Shown in pieces: positions 49,311 through 59,794 of a DNA stretch of 64,000 bases. A program made the translations under genes and the position numbers. Position 1 is the first letter of the stretch, and every line of letters begins with the position of its first letter. The notes beneath the pieces are model-generated. The model was not told where the DNA came from. It was given only the letters and a program-made list of their open reading frames with translations, and searched no databases. Origin of the DNA: an uncultured Actinomycetes bacterium (lineage in GTDB: Bacteria > Actinomycetota > Acidimicrobiia > IMCC26256 > PALSA-610); contig CAWIFT010000003.1 in assembly GCA_963835455.1 (NCBI GenBank), positions 686,061-750,060 of the forward strand. Reading direction: 5' to 3'.

Positions 49311-49365
49311 CCAACAGTTGTCGGACTTTTCCGCGCATAGCGCTGATATCTCCGACAACTGTTGG
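49311..49365. terminator. 15-bp perfect inverted repeat (CCAACAGTTGTCGGA ... TCCGACAACTGTTGG) with 25-nt loop containing a nested GCGC-ATA-GCGC hairpin
   Basis: Read directly from the sequence, 15 nt downstream of the MFS stop. There is no U-tract, so it may be a protein-binding or REP-like element instead. Confidence 0.4.
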
Positions 49366-49445
49366 TGGGGTTCACTCCGGGGGGAGTCGAGGCGGAGACA
49401 CCCGTGGCGAAGGTGGGAAGCATTGCGGGTGCTCCGACCTACTCA

Positions 49446-49473
49446 GGGTGACCCGACTTACTTAGGGTACCCT
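49446..49473. promoter_or_regulatory. pair of related palindromes GGGTGACCC and AGGGTACCCT upstream of the 49541 gene
   Basis: Two GGGT-ACCC inverted repeats with centres ~18-19 bp apart, in a locally AT-richer region 70-95 nt upstream of ATG 49541. Confidence 0.3.
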
Positions 49474-49540
49474 TAGTAACTCGTCAACCTCGGGACGGTA
49501 CGGGCTCATCCGGCCCCATTTCGGGCCGATCGGGGAACCG

Positions 49541-52046
49541 ATGCAACGGCTCGGGCTTCGGCGATTCCGGCGCGTCCCGACGGTGGGGGCGCGGCGCCGG
49601 CGGTCGGTCGCGGCGACGACCGTCACCGCCCTCGGCGTGGTCGCGCTGGTCTCGTTCGGCGCGATCGCCCGCAGCGCAGCCGCCGTCGACACGAATGCGC
49701 CCGTGCTGGCGTCGCTCGCCATGACCCCCACGACCGTCGACACGTCGGCCGGCCCGGCGGTGATCACGATCACCGCCCGTCTGACCGACGAGCAGAGTCC
49801 GTCGATCGGCGGCACCGCGCCGCTCAGCCGGATCGTCCTGACCGGCCCCGGTGGGCAACAGCAGGCAACGGCCTACGTCTCGCAGGCCCAACGCATCTCG
49901 GGAACGGCGACGGACGGGATCTACCGGTCGACGCTGTCGATCCCGTGGCACGCGGAGCCCGGCCAGTGGAACGCGTCGGCCGTGCTGGTCGACATCTCGG
50001 GCAACACGCGCACGTTGACCACGACGGACCTCGCGGCCGCGGGATTCCCGGCGTCGGTCACGCAAACGGGTCCCGGCGACACGACCGCGCCGCAGCTGGT
50101 GGCGCTCGGGATCGCACCGTCGAGCGTCGACACGTCCCTGCAGCCCGCGACGATCACGGTGAGCGTGCACGCAGTGGACGACCTCAGCGGCGTCGCCGAC
50201 GGTGTCACGATGGCCGCGAGCCAGATCGTCCTGCGCGGACCGAGCGGCGCGCATCACGCACGCGCGACGTTGAGTGTGGACCACCGCACCAGCGGGAACC
50301 CGTTGGACGCGACGTACGTGGTGGCGGTCACGCTTCCGCGTTGGTCGGAGCAGGGGACCTGGACCGTCGAGAGCGCCACGCTCGTCGACCAGGTCGGCAA
50401 CCGGCAGACGCTGACGGCGCCGGGCGTGACGTTCACACAGCTCGGGATCGGTGACACGTCGCCGCCCGTGTTCCGTTCGTTCTCGTTGTCGACGACGAAC
50501 GTCGACGTGCGGGCGACCTCGGCGTCGATCGTGTTGCACAGTCGCATCACCGACGACCGCTCGGGCGCGGCCGACGGGTTGGTCGATTCGCCGACCTCGG
50601 TCGTGTTCACCTCACCGTCCGGCCGCCAGCGTTTGACGCGCGCCCTTCGGCGCGGCGCAGCGCGTGGCCGGCGACGGCCTCGACGGCAACTACACGATGA
50701 GTGCAACGGTGCCCGCGCACGCCGAACCGGGCGTGTGGACGATGAGCGACGCCTGGCCGACGGACCGGGCCGGGAACGTCGGCCATCTCCTTCCCGCCGA
50801 CTGGGCCGCGCTGGGCTTCGCGGGATCGTTCACGGTGGTCTCCGACACGCCGCCCGACACCGGTCCGACCGTGCCGCCGGATCCGACGACCACGTCCGAC
50901 CCCACGGCGACGTCGGTCTTCACCACTACGACGTCGATCGATCCCGGCTCGACGACCACGGAAACCCTCGGTCCGACCACAACCGTCGATCCGTCCGCGA
51001 CGACGAGCACCACGTTCGATCCCGCGGCATCGACCAGCACGTCGCTCGATCCCGCGGCCACGACCACGACCGTCGACCCCGCGGCGACCACGACGACCGT
51101 CGACCCCGCGGCCACGACCACCGTGCCCGGCGATACCTCCACGACCACGTCCGCGTCCACGACCAGCACCACCACGCCGAGCACGACCGGTCCTACGACC
51201 TCGACCACGGTTGCGCCGAGCGGAACCACCACGACCGTGCCCGCGCACACCGACGGCAGCGGACCGCCGCACGTCCGGCGCGCGAACGGGTACTGGTTCG
51301 CGACCGCGACGGGCCGGGTCGTCGGCTTCGGTGGCGCGGCCGCGAGTTCGGCTCCGGCGATCGCGGGAGTCGGCGTCGGCGCCTCGGATCGCGTCGTCGG
51401 CATTGCGAGCACCCCTTCGGGCAAGGGCTACTGGCTCGCGACTGCGGGCGGCGACGTGAAGGCGTACGGCGACGCGCGCTCGTTCGGTTCGATGCGCGGG
51501 CGGCCCCTCGCCCGGCCGATCGTGGGGATCGCGGCGACGGCGAACGGTCGCGGCTATTGGCTGGTCGCGACCGACGGCGGCATCTTCGGCTTCGGCAACG
51601 CGCACTTCTACGGCTCGACCGGCGCGATCCAGCTGAATCAACCGATCGTCGGGATGACGGCAACCGCGAGCGGACACGGCTACTGGTTCGTCGCGGCCGA
51701 CGGTGGTCTCTTCAGTTACGGCGACGCGCGTTTCTACGGCTCGATGGGCGCAACCCGTCTCAACCAGCCGGTCGTCGGGATGAGCGCGTCACCCAACGGC
51801 CGCGGCTACTGGATGGTCGCGCGCGACGGCGGAATCTTCAGCTTCGGCACGGCGCGCTTCTACGGGTCGACCGGGGCTTTTCACCTGAATCAACCCATCG
51901 CCGGCATGGCGGCATCGCCGACGGCGCGCGGCTATTGGTTCGTGGCCGCGGACGGCGGGATCTTCAGCTTCGGCGACGCGCACTTCTACGGCTCGCTGGC
52001 GACCTCGGCGGCGCCCGTCGTCGGCCTGGCCGTGCGCGCCTCCTGA
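49541..52046 (+). pseudogene. secreted protein: signal peptide, 3 x ~115-aa Ig-like repeats, Pro/Thr-rich linker, six GYW repeats; one frame break
   Basis: Arg-rich signal sequence and repeated ...TDGIYRSTLSIPWHAEPGQWN / ...ATYVVAVTLPRWSEQGTWT / ...GNYTMSATVPAHAEPGVWT. The frame changes at CGCGCGC 50637-50643. The C-terminus has GYWFVAADGGIFSFGDAHFYGS repeats. Confidence 0.8.
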
Positions 52047-52168
52047 CCGCCGTCCCCCGGCCCGCGACCGCCGCGCCGTAGGTAGTTCCTACGGCATCAC
52101 TGTGACCTAGGTCTCGCGCCCGGACGCCCTCTCAAGCGGGTTCCGGCAGCCGACGATGAAGCCGAATC

Positions 52169-54871
52169 ATGCTCTCGAACACCAAGTCGGCGACCGGCGA
52201 CGCGTCGGCGCGACCGGCGGACGACCTCGTTCCCGAGGCCGTTCGACTCTCGCGCGGTCGAGTCCAGGCGGCGCGTTGGTTCGCGAGCGCGGCGCTGGTG
52301 CCGCTGTTGGTCGCCGCGCCGCCGGGCAGTGAGTCGGCCCGCCGGCTGATCTACCTCGCCGCGCTCGTCGTGCTCTGGGCGTTCATCGCGCACGCGGTCG
52401 TCCGCCAGCACGAGGCGCGCCGGTGGACGTTGGTCGCGGTCGGCACCGGGCTCGTCGTGCTCGGTGAAGCCGCCCGCGTGTTGCTCGCGACCGTCGGCAA
52501 CGTCGCGTTCCTGCACGCGGCCGATGCCCTCCGGATCACGGCGTACGTGGTCCTCGTGGTCGGCTTCTGCACGATCGTTCGCCGCCAGAACCCCGACAAC
52601 GGGCGCGCGTCGGTCCTGGACGGTGCGATCGTCGGCTGCGCGCTGTTTGCAACGTGTTGGCCGATGCTGGCCTACCCGTCGGCGATGTCGCGCTCGGCGA
52701 GCGCGGCGGGCGGGGTGCTCGGCGTCGCGCGCCCGTTCTTCGGGATCGTCGTGTTCGCGGTCGGTGTCCGGCTGCTGTTCCGCGACGAGATCCCGTCGCG
52801 CGTTCTGTTCCTCGGGATCGTCCCACTCGTGGGCGCCGATCTCTTCGAGGGGTCGCGCCTCACGCACTCCGATCTGACGGGCCGCGGCGTGTTGGAGATC
52901 AGCGCACTCTTCGCGTTGGCGATCATTGCGATCGCCGCGCGCCGGCCGTCGCCGGGCAGCGAGGAGCAGGTGCTCGACATCGATCCCGCGAACCGGCTGC
53001 GGGTGCTGTGCATCCTGACATCGGTCGCGATGTGTTCCGCGATCCCGCTCGCCGACGCATGGTCTTCGGGGCACCGCGACGTCTCGACCCTGATTCCGGG
53101 CGCGTGCGCGATCGTCATGTTCGTGCTCATCGCGTTGCGCCTGTGGCACCTCGCCGCCGGCGCACGCGCGGCCGGCATGCGTCACGGTCTGCGCCGGCTC
53201 GGCGCGCTCGTGCAGGGTCTGAACGAAGCGATCTTCGTCGTCGACCGCGCGGGAATCATCTCGTACGCGAGCCCGCGTGCGAGCGCGATCCTCGGCATCG
53301 CGGCCGAGGAGCTGGTCGGGCGGCGATTCGACGAATCCCTGGGAGCGGAGGAGTCGGATCGCATCGCCCGCCAGCTGCAGGCCGCGGTGTTGATGCCGCT
53401 GGGGACGCACGAGGAGCTCGTCGGTGCGTTCGTCAACGGCGCGGGTTCGGTACGCGACTTCGAGATGAACATCGTGAACATGCTCGGCGACAAGGACGTG
53501 GCCGGCCTGGTCGTCACGATGCGCGACGTCACGGCGAAGCGCGAGCTCGCGCGCGAGCTCGAGCAGCGGGTGTTCCGCGACGACCTGACCAAGCTGGCAA
53601 ACCGGTCGCTGTTCATGGACCGGCTCGACCAGGCGCGCCTGCGCAGCCGCCGGACGGGTTCGGGCCTCGCGGTCATGTTCATCGACCTCGACGACTTCAA
53701 GGCGGTGAACGACGGTCTCGGCCACGCGGCGGGCGACACGTTGTTGTGCGCGGTCTCCGGCCGCCTGAGCGAGTGCCTCCGCCCGAGCGACACGATCGCC
53801 CGGCTCGGCGGCGACGAGTTCGCAGTGCTCCTCGACGGGGTCGCCGACGTCGCCGAGGCGATGACGGTTGCGCACCGGCTGCTCGAGGTGTTGCAGCTCC
53901 CCGTCGAGATCGACGAGCTCTCGGTGACGGTGCCCGCAAGCATCGGTATCGCAATGGCGGAACAGGGTCACGCGCACACCAACCTGATGCGCGATGCCGA
54001 CATCGCGCTCTACCGCGCGAAGGAACAGGGTAAGAACCGCATCGCGTTGTTCGACACCTCGATGGGTTGGGAGGCGTACTCGAGGCTGCGCCTGCGTACT
54101 CAGCTGGAGTCGGCGGTCGAGAACGACGAGTTGCGCGTGCTGTTCCAACCGATCATCTCGCTCGGTTCGAGCGAGATCGTCGGCGTCGAGGCCCTGGTGC
54201 GCTGGGAACACCCAAAGCTCGGCACGCTCTCGCCGTCGGAGTTCGTCCCGATCGCGGAGGAGAGCGCGCTCATCACGCTGCTCGGCCGCTGGGTGCTGCA
54301 ACAGGCGTGCGCGCACGCGGCCGTGTGGAATCGCGGCGACCGCGATCTGTACGTCAGCGTGAACGTCTCGGCGCGTCAGCTGCGGGAGCCGGTCTTCGCC
54401 GACGAGATCGCCGCGGCCCTGGCGTCGTCCGGGCTCGCGCCGTCGAAGCTCATGCTCGAGCTCACCGAGTCGGTGCTCATCGACGAGGTCGCCGGTCAGA
54501 ACCTCATCGACAACATCGCACCCCTCGGTGTGGGCATCGCGATCGACGACTTCGGCACCGGCTACTCGTCGCTCGCGTACCTGCAGCGGTTCCCGGTCAA
54601 CGTCGTGAAGATCGACCGCAGCTTCGTGTCCCGGTTGAACGAGGACGGCATGCGCCAGGTCGTGAAGAGCATGGCGGCGATCTCGTCGGTGATGGGTTAC
54701 ACGAGCATCGCCGAAGGCGTGGAGACGCTCGAGGAGGCGGCGGATCTCGTCGGCCTCGATTACGGCTTCGCCCAGGGCTTCCTCTACAGCCGTCCGGTCG
54801 GCGCGGCCGAGATCAGCGCGCTGCTCGAGGCCAACAGCCCGATCATCCCCGAGCCCCTCACCCTCGGCTGA
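52169..54871 (+). CDS. multi-TM sensor - PAS - GGDEF - EAL protein (c-di-GMP turnover)
   Basis: About 10 N-terminal TM helices, then DDLTKLANR, RLGGDEFAVLL, ELRVLFQPIISL and GVEALVRW. Intact 900 aa. Confidence 0.9.
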   Translation: MLSNTKSATGDASARPADDLVPEAVRLSRGRVQAARWFASAALVPLLVAAPPGSESARRLIYLAALVVLWAFIAHAVVRQHEARRWTLVAVGTGLVVLGEAARVLLATVGNVAFLHAADALRITAYVVLVVGFCTIVRRQNPDNGRASVLDGAIVGCALFATCWPMLAYPSAMSRSASAAGGVLGVARPFFGIVVFAVGVRLLFRDEIPSRVLFLGIVPLVGADLFEGSRLTHSDLTGRGVLEISALFALAIIAIAARRPSPGSEEQVLDIDPANRLRVLCILTSVAMCSAIPLADAWSSGHRDVSTLIPGACAIVMFVLIALRLWHLAAGARAAGMRHGLRRLGALVQGLNEAIFVVDRAGIISYASPRASAILGIAAEELVGRRFDESLGAEESDRIARQLQAAVLMPLGTHEELVGAFVNGAGSVRDFEMNIVNMLGDKDVAGLVVTMRDVTAKRELARELEQRVFRDDLTKLANRSLFMDRLDQARLRSRRTGSGLAVMFIDLDDFKAVNDGLGHAAGDTLLCAVSGRLSECLRPSDTIARLGGDEFAVLLDGVADVAEAMTVAHRLLEVLQLPVEIDELSVTVPASIGIAMAEQGHAHTNLMRDADIALYRAKEQGKNRIALFDTSMGWEAYSRLRLRTQLESAVENDELRVLFQPIISLGSSEIVGVEALVRWEHPKLGTLSPSEFVPIAEESALITLLGRWVLQQACAHAAVWNRGDRDLYVSVNVSARQLREPVFADEIAAALASSGLAPSKLMLELTESVLIDEVAGQNLIDNIAPLGVGIAIDDFGTGYSSLAYLQRFPVNVVKIDRSFVSRLNEDGMRQVVKSMAAISSVMGYTSIAEGVETLEEAADLVGLDYGFAQGFLYSRPVGAAEISALLEANSPIIPEPLTLG

Positions 54872-54880
54872 CGCAGTCGG

Positions 54881-55426
54881 TCAGCGCGCGCCGCGCGACT
54901 GCTCGTCGGTGAGGATCGAGCGTAGGAACCGGTTGACCGCGAGCGCCTGCTCGCGGCGCCAGCGCGTGAGCACGAGGTCGAAACCTTCGCCCTCGTCGCG
55001 CGTCGAGACCGCGCGCACCACCGGGTCGAGATGTTCGATCTGGCGCTCGACGAGCGTGCGCGACGACTCGCCCGCCCGATCGAGGATCGCCAGCTTGACG
55101 AGGAACTCCGTGCGCACGTCGCGCACGTGCTCGACCGGTGTTTCCAGCCACCGCTTGAGCGCGGCCCGACCGCGACGCGTCGCCCGGAAGATCGTGCGTT
55201 GTGGACCCTTCGACCTCGTCGCCTCGCCGCACTCCTCGATGCAACCCTGCTCCGTGAGCGTCGTCAACGACCGGTAGACGATGGGGCGCGGAACGGTGAA
55301 GACGCGCCCGACCGGTCCGTCGACGCGCAACGCCCCGACGATCGGCCAACCGTGCGTCGGGGCCTCGGCTACGAGACCGAGCACGACCCAATCGGCGATC
55401 GAGAGCTCCGGGAACGACGCCGTCAC
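54881..55426 (-). CDS. PadR family transcriptional regulator
   Basis: VVLGLVAEAPTHGWPIVGAL...IVYRSLTTLTEQGCIE shows the winged-helix PadR pattern. Confidence 0.75.
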   Translation of the reverse strand: MTASFPELSIADWVVLGLVAEAPTHGWPIVGALRVDGPVGRVFTVPRPIVYRSLTTLTEQGCIEECGEATRSKGPQRTIFRATRRGRAALKRWLETPVEHVRDVRTEFLVKLAILDRAGESSRTLVERQIEHLDPVVRAVSTRDEGEGFDLVLTRWRREQALAVNRFLRSILTDEQSRGAR

Positions 55427-55471
55427 GGTCCGGCAACGTACCGGACCGTGACGGTGCGCGGGAGTGCCGGA

Positions 55472-55867
55472 CTACTGCGCCGAGGTGTTGACCTTGTCGG
55501 GTGTGATGCGAAGGATGATGCGACCGTTCGGCCCGATCGGGTTGCGGTACTTGGTGCCGACGTACTTCTCCGACATCGCGTCGATGTGATCGCGCGCGGG
55601 TTGTCCGTCGACGATGTCGGCCACGTGCCCGCGCACTTCGGCCCAGTCCCACGGGTCGGTCGCACTGTGGATCAACACCGTGACCCGCGGGTCGCGCTGC
55701 ACGTTCTTCGCGCGTTGCCGTTGCGGCTCGGTGTTGACGAGCACGTGCTCGCCGTCGGTGTCGACCCAGGTGAGGAGTGCCTGCGGCTGCCCGTCCGGCA
55801 TCAGGGTGACGACGGTGGCGAGATTCTTTCCCTTGGCGAGACGAATGACGTGTTCATCCAAAGCCAT
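55472..55867 (-). CDS. PPOX-class (F420-dependent-type) split-barrel oxidoreductase
   Basis: LAKGKNLATVVTLMPDGQPQALLTWVDTDGEHVLVNTEPQRQRAKNVQRDPRVTVLI. Confidence 0.7.
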   Translation of the reverse strand: MALDEHVIRLAKGKNLATVVTLMPDGQPQALLTWVDTDGEHVLVNTEPQRQRAKNVQRDPRVTVLIHSATDPWDWAEVRGHVADIVDGQPARDHIDAMSEKYVGTKYRNPIGPNGRIILRITPDKVNTSAQ

Positions 55868-55901
55868 GACGACGACCTTTCGGTGGGGGGATGAGAAGGT
55901 C

Positions 55902-57301
55902 TCAGCGCCGCGCGCGCAGTGCGGGCAGCGCAAGCGAGCTGCCGACGCCCCACAACAGCCCGACCGAGCGTTCGAGCTCGCCGAGCACCGCGTCGATGGC
56001 ATCGACGAACTCCTCGGCCTGCGCCTCGGTCGTGATGAGCGGCGGCAGGATCTTCAGCACGTTCTGGTGATCGCCCGCGACCTGAGTGAGGATCCCGTAG
56101 TCGCGAAACAACGGCACGATGACCATTTGGGTGAACAGGCCAGCTGCGCATCGACTCCAGCAGCGTCCATTGCGCGCGCAGGCGCATCGACCGCGGGCGG
56201 CTGAACTCGATCCCGATCATGAGCCCGCGGCCGCGCACTTCGTGCACCAGCTCGTGGCGCTTGGCCACGCCATCGAGGCCGGACATCAGCTGCGCGCCGA
56301 TCGACGACGCGCCTTCGACGATCGACTCCGCGTCGAGCGTGTGCAGAGTTGCCAGACCGGCGGTCATCGCCAACACGTTCTGACCGAAGGTCGAGCTGTG
56401 CACGACGGCCCGGTCCATCTTGTCGAACACGCGCTCGACGATGTCGCTCTTCGCGATCACGGCTCCGACGGGTACGTAGCCGCCGGACAGGGCCTTGGCG
56501 ATGGTGACGAGATCGGGCTCGACGTCCCACTGCTCGAACGCGAAGAACGTGCCGGTACGACCGAGCCCGGTCTGGACCTCGTCGATCGCCAGGAGCGCGC
56601 CATGGCTGTGACAGAGCTCGGCCGCGCCGCGCAGGTAGCCCTCGGGTGCGACGAACACGCCCTTGCCCTGGATCGGCTCGACGACGTACGCGGCAACGTC
56701 GCCGGCGTCGTAGCTCGCGCTCCAACACGTCGAGATCCCCGAACGGCACGCTCTGGCAGCCGGGGAGCAGCGCCCCGAAGCGGTCGCGGAACTCGTGCGC
56801 GCCGTTCAGCGACAACGCGCCGATCGTGAGGCCGTGGAACGCGTGGTCGGCGAACAGGATGCGCCCGCGTCCGGTGGCGCAGCGGGCGTACTTGATCGCG
56901 GTCTCCACCGACTCCGCACCACTGTTCGTGAAGAAGCAGCGATACCCGTCGTTGGGCATGCGCGCGACGAGCGCTTCCGCGAGCAGGCCCGAGAGCGGCG
57001 CGCATTCCATCTGCACCAGGTTCGGCAGCGAGAGATCCATCGCGTCGCGCAGGGCCTGTTCGATCCCGGGATGGCACCTACCGAGGGCGAAGACACCGAA
57101 GCCGGAGAGGAAGTCGAGGTAGCGGCGACCGTCGCGGTCGAACAGGTACGCACCCTCGGCCCGGACGTAGTCGGCGTCGAATCCGAGCGTGCGCAACACC
57201 TTGGGCATCTGCGGATTGACGTAGCGCTCGTGCAGCGCGAACGCCTCGCGCCCGCGCGCCGCGAGCAGGGCTCCGACGTCGAAGGGTGCGGGATCGTTCA
57301 T
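55902..57301 (-). pseudogene. class-III (acetylornithine/GABA-type) PLP aminotransferase, two frame breaks
   Basis: Three consecutive frames carry ...FFTNSGAESVETAIKYAR...VPFGD | YDAGDVAAYVVEPIQGKGVFVAPEGYL...DEVQTGLGRTG...TIAKALSGG... | GLFTQMVIVPLFRDYGILTQVAG.... The breaks are near 56711-56720 and 56138-56146. Confidence 0.8.
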
Positions 57302-58399
57302 CCGCGCTCGACTCCGCGCCGGCGTGGTGTCGGTGACGTCGCCGATATCGGTGTCGTCGCCCGCGAACCGGATCTTGGCGACCTGCGCCGCCTTGACGTA
57401 ACCGTTGGCGACGAACCAGCGGGCGGCCCGTGCGAGCGCGGTGCGCGCGGGCATGCTGGTGTAGCCCAACTCGGTGCGGGCGCGGCTCGTGTCGTACTCC
57501 ATGCGCGTGGTCGCCATGCGTACCGGCTCCGACGGCAGTGTCGGTTCGCGGTGCATCGCCGTGGACTGGAACCATTCCGCGGTGCGGACGATCGGCAGGA
57601 CGGCGTACGGGGAGAGGCGTACGCGCGGCGCGGTGAGACCGCAGACGTCGGCGAGCGTCGCGAGCATCTCCTGCAACGACATGTTCTCACCGCCGAGGAT
57701 GTAGCTGCGCCCGAGCGCACCCCGTCGGGCGGCGAGCACGTGGCCGCGGGCGACGTCGTCGACGTGCACGACGTTCAGCGCGGTGTCGACGTACGCGGGG
57801 ATGCGACCGTTCAGGAACTCGACGATCGTGCGGCCGGTCGGTGTCGGCGCGGTGTCGCGTTCGCCGACCGGGAAGGTCGGGTGTACGAGCACGACCGGCA
57901 GACCGGCCGCGCCGGCCCGCAGGACTTCGTGCTCGGCGAGGTACTTCGACCGCTTGTAGTGCCCGAAGAGGTGCTCGAAGTGCACGAGGGTGTCCTCCGA
58001 GGCGAGCCGACCGTGTTCGGCGACCCCGATGGTCCCGACCGTGCTCGTGTAGACGAGGCGCTCGCAGCCGGCCCGTTCCACCGCGCGGAGCACGTTCTGC
58101 GTCCCGCCGATGTTCACGTCGTAGAAGAGGTCGGGATCCGCGGCCCAGAACCGGTACACCGCCGCGAGGTGAAAGACCGTCGCGATCCCGTCGACGGCCC
58201 GGTCGAGGGTGGCCGGGTCGCGGATGTCGCCGACGATCCGGTCGACGGGCAGGCCCGTGAGATTGTCGTCGGCTCGGCCCGGTTCGCACAGCGCGCGGAC
58301 CTCGTAGCCGTCGTCGATCAGGGCGCGGACGACCGCCGAACCGATGAAGCCGGACGCGCCCGTGACGAGAGCGGGACCCGGTCCCGGGGCTTCAGTCAC
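57302..58399 (-). CDS. NAD-dependent epimerase/dehydratase (HpnA / dihydroflavonol-reductase-like SDR)
   Basis: LVTGASGFIGSAVVRAL, the YKRSK catalytic motif and NVVHVDDVARGH. The reading frame continues without a stop into the aminotransferase. Confidence 0.8.
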
Positions 58400-58521
58400 G
58401 ACTCCTCACCTACCCCGCAACGACGACGACGCAACGGATTGTTCCCGCGAGCCTCGCGCAATCGCGCCGCGCCCGACCACCGGGTTTGTCCACCGTGCGT
58501 CGCCGCCGTCGCGGGTTCGGC

Positions 58522-59734
58522 CTAGTGCAGGCTCATTTGTGGTTCGCCGAAACCGTTGAGTCCCGTCGAGGCGATCGTGCACGTCCCGCCCTGTGCCGCG
58601 CCGCCGTTGTACGCCTGGCGCAGGCAGTTGCGCAGTGCGAGCTGGCCCCAGTAGTTGGGGTGCGCATCTTCCTGCAGCTGGTACGGGCCGAACAGGGTCG
58701 ACGTGGTGCGGACCTGGCTGACCCACTCGGTCTTGTCGGCGGCACCCGGGCTCATCCAGTTGGCCACGCCCTTCTCCTCGAGCAGGCCGACGGTGTTCTC
58801 GCAGAGCCGGCGCCCGGCGAGCGCGTTCTGGTCGTCGAGCAACACGTAGTTGCTCAGGCCCGTCTGCGCCGCGCCGTTGCGCACCGAGTTGTCGATGGTC
58901 GGAACGGCGGTGTTGTTCGCCCAGTTGGCATCGTTGTTCCAGAAGCCGCAGCCGCCCGTCGATTGGCGGGTGAAGCCAGACTGCGAATAGCGGAAGCCCG
59001 TAGCGCTCGGGATCGGTGACGAATACGTCTGCACGATGATCTTGTACGAGCTGTCGGCGTAGCCGTCGTTGAGCATCGCCTGACGCACGTTCAGGATCGC
59101 GTTCTTGATGTTGGTGGTCTGGGTCGCGACATTCGCCGAGGTGAAGTACGCCTTCACGTTGGAATCGTCGTTGCAGTAGTTCGGCCACCACGACGGCGAC
59201 AGCAAGAAGTCCTCGATGCACGTCTGCACGATGTCGGCGAAGCCGAAGTTGTTCGCACCGATGAGCACGGTGACCGCTTTGACGTTGTGGGTCGCGGCGA
59301 ACTGCTGCAACGCGAGCGCCTGGCCCTGGTGGCCGCTCGAGTCGCTGAAGAAGTCGAGGCCGGGCTTGAAGTCGCCCGAGCCCGGAGTCTGCGTGTAGGT
59401 GCGCGCACCCGAGCACGCGAGGTTCATGCCGTTGACGCCGCCGCCGATGTACACCTCCGCCGACTTCGAGCGGTGGCAGCCGTGGATCAGTTCGGCGGTG
59501 TTGGTCGCGTTGTCGTAGTACGCGGTCGAACCGAGCGCGTCGACGTTGCCCGAGCTGTTGTTCGTGTTGCCGGCCCAGCGGCCCGCCTCGCCCGAGATCG
59601 CGGAGTCGCCGACGCTCACGATCCACGGCGCACCCGACGCCCGGGCCGTCGGCGTGCGCCGGATGCGCCCCCGTCGCCACGGCCGCGCTCACCAATCCGA
59701 ACAACATCGCGCCAACTGCGAGCTTGCTTCTCAA
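58522..59734 (-). pseudogene. secreted SGNH/GDSL-family hydrolase, one frame break after the signal peptide
   Basis: The signal peptide LRSKLAVGAMLFGLVSAAVATGAHPAHA (TTG 59734) is in a different frame from the mature part APWIVSVGDSAISGEAG...LIGANNFGF...EDAHPN. The break is near 59630-59650. Confidence 0.7.
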
Positions 59735-59794
59735 GGTCCCCCCCGGGTTCGACGGCTCCGACCAGCCGGTAACCAGCAGCCTCACACGGTTCGC

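Noticed and set aside
52097-54316. Very long ORFs on the opposite strand or in alternative frames of real genes. Examples: 52097..54316, 10408..11688, 18878..21022, 2577..3980, 64..1467, 956..2029, 29803..31701, 55191..56642-type entries.
   Set aside because: Their translations are dominated by Arg/Pro/Ala/Gly runs with no recognisable motifs, and each lies antisense or out of frame to a gene with clear family signatures. These are typical shadow ORFs of very GC-rich DNA.
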